Below are positions 57,199-64,000 of a stretch of 64,000 nt of DNA, in pieces. The notes under the pieces are model-generated. The model did not search any database, was not told where the DNA came from, and saw only the letters and a program-made list of their open reading frames with translations. Numbering within the stretch: the first letter of the stretch is position 1; every line of letters begins with the position of its first letter. Origin of the DNA: Chloroflexota bacterium (GTDB taxonomy: Bacteria > Chloroflexota > Limnocylindria > P2-11E); contig VBJD01000030.1 in NCBI GenBank assembly GCA_005887995.1, positions 2,025 to 66,024 of the forward strand, read 5' to 3'. A program made the translations under genes and the position numbers.

Positions 57199-58295
57199 AG
57201 ATCGCGCTCGCGCACGAGTACTTCTCCGCGCGGGGCGGTGCGGAGGCCGTCGCTCACGTGTTCCACGAGATGTGGCCGGACGCTCCCGTGTACACCTTCT
57301 TCCACGATCGCGCGCGGTACGGACCGCTCGATGGCTGGCGCATCGTCACGAGCTCGCTCCAGTCGTTCCCCATCGGCGGCGGTCGACATCGACTCTTGCT
57401 CCCGCTCTACCCCTCCGCGGCGCGCCGCCTGCGCGTGCCCGACGACGTCAACGTCGTGCTCGTCTCCACGAGCGCGTTCATCAAGGGACTCGCGCTCGGT
57501 GACGACACCGCCGAGGTCGCCTACTGCCACTCGCCGACGCGCTACCTCTGGGATTGGAGCGAGGAGTACCTGCGCGAGGAGGTCCCCGCGGTGCTGCACG
57601 CGCCGGTGCGCGAGCTGCTCGCGCGCCTGCGCGAGACAGACCTAGAGATGGCGAGGCGCGTCGATCGATGGATCGCGAACTCGTCGGTCGTCGCGCGGCG
57701 CATCCGCGAGTACTACGGACGCGAGAGCGAGGTCGTGCACCCGCCGGTCGACGTCGACGCGTACGACGCGCGCGCCGACCGCGGCGACCACTGGCTCTTC
57801 ATCGGACGTCTCTCGGCGTACAAGCGCGCCGACCTCGCGGTGCGTGCGTTCGCGCGCACTGGACGGCGGCTCATCGTGGTGGGCGAGGGCCGCGAGCGCG
57901 AGTCGCTCGAGAAAGACGCGTCGCAGAACGTCGTGTTCACCGGCCGCGTCGATGAGCGCACGAAGCGCGAGCTCCTCGCGACGGCCCGTGGCCTCGTCTT
58001 CCCGGCGGAGGACGACTTCGGCATCGTGTGCGTCGAGGCCCTGGCCGCGGGCGCGCCGGTCGTCGCGCTGCGTGCCGGTGGCGCGCCGGAGATCGTGCGC
58101 GACGGGATCGACGGCGTGCTGTTCGATGCACCAGACCCCGCCCTCGTCGAAGCCGCGGTGCAGCGCGCGGAGTCCACGCGCTGGGATCCGCGCGCACTCA
58201 AGCAGTCGGCGCGGCGCTTCGATCTCCCGCGCTTCCAGGAGCGGATCCGTGAGCTCGTGAACGACGCCGCGCGCGTCGGGCGCGCCATCGCGTAG
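57195..58295 (+). CDS. GT4-family (GT-B) glycosyltransferase
   Basis: MKIALAHEYF..GGAE, EDDFGIVCVEALAAGAPVVA (EX7E region). Confidence 0.85.
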   Translation: MKIALAHEYFSARGGAEAVAHVFHEMWPDAPVYTFFHDRARYGPLDGWRIVTSSLQSFPIGGGRHRLLLPLYPSAARRLRVPDDVNVVLVSTSAFIKGLALGDDTAEVAYCHSPTRYLWDWSEEYLREEVPAVLHAPVRELLARLRETDLEMARRVDRWIANSSVVARRIREYYGRESEVVHPPVDVDAYDARADRGDHWLFIGRLSAYKRADLAVRAFARTGRRLIVVGEGRERESLEKDASQNVVFTGRVDERTKRELLATARGLVFPAEDDFGIVCVEALAAGAPVVALRAGGAPEIVRDGIDGVLFDAPDPALVEAAVQRAESTRWDPRALKQSARRFDLPRFQERIRELVNDAARVGRAIA

Positions 58296-58298
58296 CGG

Positions 58299-59507
58299 CT
58301 ACGCCGGCGGGTCGTCGGTGACGCGGGTCGCGAGCGAGGCTCCCGCCCAGAGGCCGAGCAGCGGCAAGCCCGTCGCCGCGGTCCATGGATAGTTGTCGAG
58401 CGCGAGGTACGGGAGGAGCGCGAGGAACGCCATCATCCGCTCCGGACCGAGCCGCCACGCGCGCAGCCCGATGAGCACGAGGAGCGCGGACGCGACGAGA
58501 CCGCCCGGTATCCCGGTCTCGAGGGCGATGAGATACGGGACGTCGTGCGGCGGCTGGATGAGGTCGACGCTGCCGGGCTCTCGAGCCTTGCGCTCGCGCA
58601 GTTCCGCGACGGTGTTACCGGGACCGATGCCGAGCAGCGGATCGCGCGCGAGTAGCGGCAGCGTCTGGACGATGAGCTCGAGACGCCGGTCGGCAGACGC
58701 GAGCGCGGGGTACTCGTCGGAGCGCGCGAGCCATCCTTCCCGTGTGACGAGCGCCGGCAGCCCGACGCCGATGAGGAACGCCGCGAGCACGATCCGCTGC
58801 GCGCGCGCCCCGCGGAGCGCACCCGGTGCGAGCGGCGCGGCCGCGAGGGCCGCGCCGAGGGCAGCGGCGCGCGAGAACGACAGACCGACGGGCGCCGCGG
58901 CGAGCGCGACGAGCACGCTGCGGACGGCGCCAGCGCCGCTCGCGATCGCCGGGGCCGCGAGCAGCGCGGAGGTCACGAGCGCATAGCCCGCGAGCACGAA
59001 GCCGTTGGGGAGGCTTCCGGCCGGCCGGATGAACGGCCCGGCCTTGATCACCGGCGGGTGCTCGTACGCGACGAGCAGGTCGCCGACGGCGACCTGCGCG
59101 ATGGCGAGCAAGGTCTGCGTGACCGCGGTGATCGCGACGGCGAAGAGCAGGAGCCGCCGCTCGCGCGCGCCTTGCACGTCGAGGATCGCGATCGCGATCG
59201 CGACCGCGCTGGCCAGGCGAAAGAGCGTCTGGGCACCCTGCGGGCTCGGGTGCAGGGCGAACGAAAGGAGCGCGATCGCGCCGAACGCGAGCGCCGTCGT
59301 GCCGAGGGCGTCGATGCGACGCTCGGCGATCCGCCTCGCCACCGCGGGGATGGCGAACGCCAGCAGGACGGCAGCGGCCACGTCGGCGAGGCCGATGCCG
59401 ACGCTGTAATAAGGGTGCTCGTCGGCGACGAGGCTCAGTCGCGCCAGCGAGGGCAGCAGGACGATCGCGAGCACGAGCGCGAGGGATCGGATCCGGCGCG
59501 ATCGCAC
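58299..59507 (-). CDS. O-antigen ligase/polymerase-like (Wzy_C) membrane protein
   Basis: About 10 TM segments, periplasmic loop with LLGIGPGN, PHDVPYLIALETG. Start taken at GTG 59507. Confidence 0.65.
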   Translation of the reverse strand: MRSRRIRSLALVLAIVLLPSLARLSLVADEHPYYSVGIGLADVAAAVLLAFAIPAVARRIAERRIDALGTTALAFGAIALLSFALHPSPQGAQTLFRLASAVAIAIAILDVQGARERRLLLFAVAITAVTQTLLAIAQVAVGDLLVAYEHPPVIKAGPFIRPAGSLPNGFVLAGYALVTSALLAAPAIASGAGAVRSVLVALAAAPVGLSFSRAAALGAALAAAPLAPGALRGARAQRIVLAAFLIGVGLPALVTREGWLARSDEYPALASADRRLELIVQTLPLLARDPLLGIGPGNTVAELRERKAREPGSVDLIQPPHDVPYLIALETGIPGGLVASALLVLIGLRAWRLGPERMMAFLALLPYLALDNYPWTAATGLPLLGLWAGASLATRVTDDPPA

Positions 59508-59551
59508 TGCCGAAGGGTACGTTCCGACCAGCGGCGCTGCTAACGTCGCCG

Positions 59552-61396
59552 GTGATGAAGGGATGGACCCTCGCGCGCATCGCGCGAGGCATCCGCAAGC
59601 ACGCGCTCGAGGGACTCGTCGATGCCCTGCTCGTCGCCGTCTGCTACATCCTCGTGACCGGCGTTCGCCTCGGTGGACGCATCGACGCGCCGGAGCACAC
59701 CGCACTCGCCGCCGTCGCGCTCGGCGCCGGCGCGGCGCAGGTGCTCATGAACATCGTGCTCGACGTCTACTGGCGCGATTGGTCCGTGGCCGCGCTGGAG
59801 GATCTCGTCGCCATCGTGAAGGCGAGCGCCGTCGTCGCGCTCGGGCTGTTCGTGTTCGACCTCGTCGGGCCCGACCATCCGATCCCGTTCTCGGCGATCC
59901 TGCCGGGCTTCGGGCTCGTCGTCCTCGCCGAAGGCACGCTCAAGATCCGTCCGCGCTGGCGGCAGATCGCCGGCGCGGCGTTCGGCGCGCGCGGCAAGGA
60001 AGGCGCGATCATCGTCGGCGCCGGCCGCACCGGCGCGTTGCTGGCGCGTGACCTCTCGGACGGGAGTCGTGGCACGCGCGTGATCTGCTTCGTCGACGAC
60101 GATCCCCGCAAGCAGGGCACATACGTGCGCGGCGCGCGCGTCTCAGGAACGGTCGATGACCTCCGCTCGCTCATCGAGACGCACACGCCCGCGGTCGTCG
60201 TCATCGCCGTCTCCGACGCGCCGAGCCCGCTGGTGCGACGCGTGCTCGCCGCGACGCGCAACACGAGCGTGCGCGTCCGCGCCGTGGGTGGCTTCCGGCT
60301 CGGCCCGTCCGACAGAGGTCCGCTCCGGCCGATCGACATCGACGAGCTGCTGCAGCGCGAACCGGTGCGCCTCGATGCGCCGGAGACGCGCTCGTTCCTC
60401 GAGGGAAAGCGCGTGCTCATCACCGGCGCCGCGGGCTCGATCGGCAGCGAGCTCGTGCGTCGTGTCCTCGAGGTCGCACCCTCCGCTGTCTCACTGCTCG
60501 ACACGAACGAGAGCGGACTGCATGACGTGGTCGCGGCGCTCCCGGCCGGCGCGCCGGCGCGCCTGCTCCTCGGCGACGTGCGCGATCCATCCGAGCTCGC
60601 GCGCGCGATCGCGGAGAGCCGGCCGGACGTGGTGTTCCACGCCGCCGCGTACAAGCACGTCCCGATCCTCGAGCGCTCGCCGCTGCCCGGCATCACGACC
60701 AACGTGCTCGGCACGGCGCGGCTCCTCGCGGCGCTCGAGGACGCGGACGTCGACGCGTTCGTGTTCATCTCCTCCGACAAGGCGGTCGCGCCGGCGAGCG
60801 TGCTCGGCCTCACGAAGCGCTTCGGCGAGCTGCTCACCTTCGCGTACGCCCGCGCGCACGGACGGCGGTGGTCGGTGGTCCGCTTCGGCAATGTGCTCGG
60901 CTCGTCGGGCAGCGTCGTCCCGATCTTCACCCGTCAGATCGACGCCGGCGGCCCAGTGACAGTGACCGCGCCGGAGGTCACCCGGTATTTCATGACCATC
61001 CCCGAGGCCGTGGGCCTCGTCATCCGCGCGGCCTCGGCCGCGCGCTCGGGCGACCTTCTGCTCCTAGATATGGGCGAGCCGGTGCGCATCGTCGACCTCG
61101 CGAAGCAGATGATCTGGTTGCGCGGTCTGCGCACCCCCGAGGACGTGGCCATCACGTTCACCGGCCTACGTCCTGGCGAGAAGATGCACGAGGAGCTGTG
61201 GCTTCCCGACGAGCTCCCCGTGGCGACCGCGCACGCGCGCGTCCTTCGCGCGTCCGCCCGCGCCGAAGTGCCGCCGCTCGACGTGCTGCTCCGCGTCACC
61301 GAGCGTGTGGCGAGCGCCGTGAGCGCCGGCGACGAGCGTTCGGCCGTTGCGCTCGTCCGCGAGGCCGTCGACGCACGCGCTCGAGCGGCCGTATGA
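59552..61396 (+). CDS. CapD/PglF/WbpM-type membrane-bound NDP-sugar 4,6-dehydratase
   Basis: N-terminal TM helices, IVGAGRTG, VLITGAAGSIGSEL, YKHVP, SSDKAV. Confidence 0.9.
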   Translation: MMKGWTLARIARGIRKHALEGLVDALLVAVCYILVTGVRLGGRIDAPEHTALAAVALGAGAAQVLMNIVLDVYWRDWSVAALEDLVAIVKASAVVALGLFVFDLVGPDHPIPFSAILPGFGLVVLAEGTLKIRPRWRQIAGAAFGARGKEGAIIVGAGRTGALLARDLSDGSRGTRVICFVDDDPRKQGTYVRGARVSGTVDDLRSLIETHTPAVVVIAVSDAPSPLVRRVLAATRNTSVRVRAVGGFRLGPSDRGPLRPIDIDELLQREPVRLDAPETRSFLEGKRVLITGAAGSIGSELVRRVLEVAPSAVSLLDTNESGLHDVVAALPAGAPARLLLGDVRDPSELARAIAESRPDVVFHAAAYKHVPILERSPLPGITTNVLGTARLLAALEDADVDAFVFISSDKAVAPASVLGLTKRFGELLTFAYARAHGRRWSVVRFGNVLGSSGSVVPIFTRQIDAGGPVTVTAPEVTRYFMTIPEAVGLVIRAASAARSGDLLLLDMGEPVRIVDLAKQMIWLRGLRTPEDVAITFTGLRPGEKMHEELWLPDELPVATAHARVLRASARAEVPPLDVLLRVTERVASAVSAGDERSAVALVREAVDARARAAV

Positions 61397-61563
61397 CGGA
61401 CACGCTGCCTGAGCTCGTGTGCCCAGTCGATCGCGCACAGCTGCGCCAAGACCACGAATCGCTCGTATGCAGTCGGTGCGGGCGGAGGTTCCCGATCCGG
61501 GACGGTATCCCGGTTCTGCTGGAGGACGAGGCGCTGGCACCTCAGTCGAGCAGCGACCGGTAG
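61393..61563 (+). CDS. Trm112/UPF0434-like zinc-ribbon small protein
   Basis: LVCPVDRAQL...LVCSRCGRRFPIRDGIPVLLEDEA. ATGA overlap with the upstream stop. Confidence 0.7.
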   Translation: MTDTLPELVCPVDRAQLRQDHESLVCSRCGRRFPIRDGIPVLLEDEALAPQSSSDR

Positions 61564-62501
61564 AGGGCCCTCACTTGCAACGCTACGACGCGCGAGTCGT
61601 GGTGCCGTTCGACCCACGCGCGCGCCCGCGCACCCCAGTCGCGGCGAAGCATCTCGTCGGCGACCAGACGCTCGAGGTCTCGCAGCGCCAGCACCGGGGG
61701 GGCCTCGGGATATACGCCGGGGAACGCGAACTCGGCAACGACCGGTCTTCCGCAGGCCATGGCCTCGAGCTCGTTGTTGCCGAGGCTGCCGAGGCCGAAG
61801 CGGCCGACGACGACGTCATGCGCCGCAATGAGCTCGGGCATGCGCTCGTGCGGGACCGCGGGGATGAAATCACGTACGCCGAGCGCCTCGTACCGAGCGC
61901 GATCCGCAGAACCCCGATCGATCGCGCGAACCAGCGCGCCGCGGTCTCGGAGGGCGAGGGCGGCGGGCACGGTGCGCGCGAGACCCTTCAGTGGATGAGC
62001 GTCACTTACGAGCAGCACTCGGGGCGGCCCGTCCGCGCGCGGCGCTTGTCGGAAGAGCGTCGTATCGATAGGGTTCGGCAGAAACGTGGCGTCGCGCCGG
62101 ACGGCGCGCACGAGCGCGATCAGGTCAGGCGTGGAGACCAGCACCGCACGCGCGTGGCGCAGCGCGGTCAGGGCGAGCGGTCGTCGCAACAGATCGCGGA
62201 GCCCTTCGCGTACGTCGGTGCCATGGCAGTGAACGACCGCACGATGTCGTCCCAGCGCGGCGATGACGCCGAGATAGGCGTAGTGGATGTGCAGCAGGTC
62301 GTACGCTCCGGCGCGAGCCTCGAGATCGACCCTCACAAGCTCGGCGATCCGAAGCGGCAGCGAAGCGATCTTGAGCGCTGTGCTCGAGCCCGCCGCTGGA
62401 AGCCTGAGGCGTCGAAGGTGAGCGTCAACACCTTCTGCGCGAAGCGCGGCGACGAGCGTCGTCCCCACGTTCGCGACGTCGTTCACGTGGAGCACCCTCA
62501 T
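61542..62501 (-). CDS. GT4-family glycosyltransferase
   Basis: MRVLHVND, GT-B fold pattern, GSLGNNELEAMACGRPVV. Confidence 0.7.
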   Translation of the reverse strand: MRVLHVNDVANVGTTLVAALRAEGVDAHLRRLRLPAAGSSTALKIASLPLRIAELVRVDLEARAGAYDLLHIHYAYLGVIAALGRHRAVVHCHGTDVREGLRDLLRRPLALTALRHARAVLVSTPDLIALVRAVRRDATFLPNPIDTTLFRQAPRADGPPRVLLVSDAHPLKGLARTVPAALALRDRGALVRAIDRGSADRARYEALGVRDFIPAVPHERMPELIAAHDVVVGRFGLGSLGNNELEAMACGRPVVAEFAFPGVYPEAPPVLALRDLERLVADEMLRRDWGARARAWVERHHDSRVVALQVRALYRSLLD

Positions 62502-63283
62502 GCGCGCGTCGCGACGCAGACCAGATTCGCGCTTCTGGGGACGCGGGCGACGAGGTACCCGCGTTCGCGCAGCCAGGACTCGAGTTCTGCGGGTCCGTAA
62601 CCGAATGCCCGAGCGTTGGCGGCGCTCGCCTCGACGATGAGCGCCGGTCGGTAGCGCGTGATCGTCCCCTCGGCCCCACGCAGCGCAGGCAGCTCGGCCC
62701 CTTCGACGTCGAGCTTCAGGATGTCGAGGCGGTCCAATCCAAGCGTGGGAAAAAGCGCGTCAAGCCGCGCGACGATGATCTCCCGCGTTCCGTGTGTGGT
62801 GATGCGGCCCATGCCGCGATTCCCGGGCGGCGAGGGCTGGAAGCGCGACCGCCCGTCGCGGTCGGACAGCGCTATCGCGAGCGCGCGGACGTTCGTGAAC
62901 CCGTTGCGTTCCGCGTTCGCGCTGAGTCGCGCGCGCAAGTCGTCCTCGGGTTCGAAAGCGACGACGGTGCCCGACGGACCGACCGCGGCCGCCGCGAGCA
63001 TCGAGTACTGGCCGACGTGCGCTCCCACATCGAGCACCACCTGACCTGGTCGAAGGAGCGCGCGGAAGCGCCGCACAGTCCCGTGCTCGTACACACCGCG
63101 ATAGAAGATGCTGCGCTGAACGTAGTCGTCGAGGTCCAACTCGATGGAGGCGCCACCGGGTAGCGCGCTGATCTCCTCGCCGCCGAGCCTCAACACGCGG
63201 TGGACGAAGGTGATGACGCGATCTTTGCCCTGATCGATCGGGAAGTAGCGTCCGTAGAGGCGCAGCACACGCCGTGCTTTCAT
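62498..63283 (-). CDS. FkbM-family methyltransferase
   Basis: VLDVGAHVGQYS, VVAFEP, LDILKLDVEGAE. Confidence 0.85.
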   Translation of the reverse strand: MKARRVLRLYGRYFPIDQGKDRVITFVHRVLRLGGEEISALPGGASIELDLDDYVQRSIFYRGVYEHGTVRRFRALLRPGQVVLDVGAHVGQYSMLAAAAVGPSGTVVAFEPEDDLRARLSANAERNGFTNVRALAIALSDRDGRSRFQPSPPGNRGMGRITTHGTREIIVARLDALFPTLGLDRLDILKLDVEGAELPALRGAEGTITRYRPALIVEASAANARAFGYGPAELESWLRERGYLVARVPRSANLVCVATRA

Positions 63284-64000
63284 GTGCGCGTTGAACTATG
63301 CGACCGCCACCGCCGTGACGCTCGCAGCGCGGGGCGGCGCGTTGCTCCTCGGCGCGATCACGGCCGTGGTGCTCGCGCGTGGCCTCGGGCCTGAAGCGCG
63401 CGGGGAGTACGCGATCGTCACGCTGCTCCCGTTGGCGATCGTCACGTTCGCGAACGTCGGGCTCGGACTCGCGACCGTCCGGCGGGTCGGCAGAGATCCA
63501 ACGGGGGCGCGTGTGGCGGCGACGAGCGTCGTCGTTTTCACGCTCGTCGCGAGCATCGTGAGCGCCGCGGCCCTTTGGTCGCTCGCCGCGCCGATCAGGC
63601 GCGTCTATCCCGCGGTCTCAGACGCATTCCTTCTGATCGTGATACTCGCCGTTCCACAGTCGCTCGCTTACCTATTGTTCCAAGCGCTCCTGCAGGCGAC
63701 ACGCGCGTTCGTCCTGTCGGCGACGCTCGTGATCCTCTCCTATGTCTTCCAGTTCGCGCTGCTCGGGATCCTCATGCTCTCGGGGCGTCTCGACCTCACC
63801 ACCGCTATCGGAGCATGGTTCATCGCGCATCTGCTCATCGTCGTCGCGACCGCGGCGGCGATCGCGCGGCGCACCGGCTTCGGGAGGCTCGATGCGGCCT
63901 CGCTCCTTGGTGACGTTCGCGCCGGGTCCGTGAGCTGGGCGGGCAACCTCTCGGTGCTCTTTACGACACGCGCCGCGCTCTTCATCGCCGGTGCCATCGC
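63282..64000 (+). CDS. Wzx-like (MOP superfamily) polysaccharide flippase, 5' part; continues past the right edge
   Basis: Own translation: MCALNYATATAVTLAARGGALLLGAITAVVLARGLGPEARGEYAIVTLLPLAIVTF..., open to 64000. Start is uncertain (ATG 63282, TTG 63291 or GTG 63315). Confidence 0.55.
   Translation, partial: MCALNYATATAVTLAARGGALLLGAITAVVLARGLGPEARGEYAIVTLLPLAIVTFANVGLGLATVRRVGRDPTGARVAATSVVVFTLVASIVSAAALWSLAAPIRRVYPAVSDAFLLIVILAVPQSLAYLLFQALLQATRAFVLSATLVILSYVFQFALLGILMLSGRLDLTTAIGAWFIAHLLIVVATAAAIARRTGFGRLDAASLLGDVRAGSVSWAGNLSVLFTTRAALFIAGAI

Overview
High-GC bacterial chromosomal window, densely coding, with about 68 protein genes. I found no rRNA, tRNA, CRISPR array, transposase or integrase. 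The core is a Terrabacteria-style housekeeping block: prmC-tsaC-rpiB-glyA-upp, then a complete F1Fo ATP synthase operon (atpZ/I-B-E-F-H-A-G-D-C), then mreB and a cell-envelope polysaccharide cluster (WecG/TagA, GT4, O-antigen-ligase-like, CapD-like dehydratase, FkbM, Wzx). A long minus-strand operon (14439->5910) runs vapBC, a BtrH-like protein, uppP, NAPRTase, a TSUP permease, an MBL hydrolase and an unusual acyl-AMP ligase-ACP-acyltransferase fusion. Two things deserve most attention. (1) An ~11 kb minus-strand accessory locus (52163->40980) is headed by an AfsR-like SARP/cyclase-like/P-loop/TPR regulator. Its LuxR-type HTH is a separate small gene preceded by three 11-bp-phased CGTTAGC heptamers. 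This regulator-tail/heptamer/LuxR module is present twice, and the second copy is decayed. The modules sit in front of a collagen-like/InlB-B-repeat protein, a secreted beta-rich protein and a 1169-aa double PD40-propeller protein. (2) A family of short GC-palindrome elements sits exactly at junctions of otherwise coupled genes. Two copies are flanked by exact direct repeats whose removal restores a stop/start junction. Functional calls rest on motifs I read in the translations. No database search was possible, and the taxon cannot be assigned from the sequence alone.
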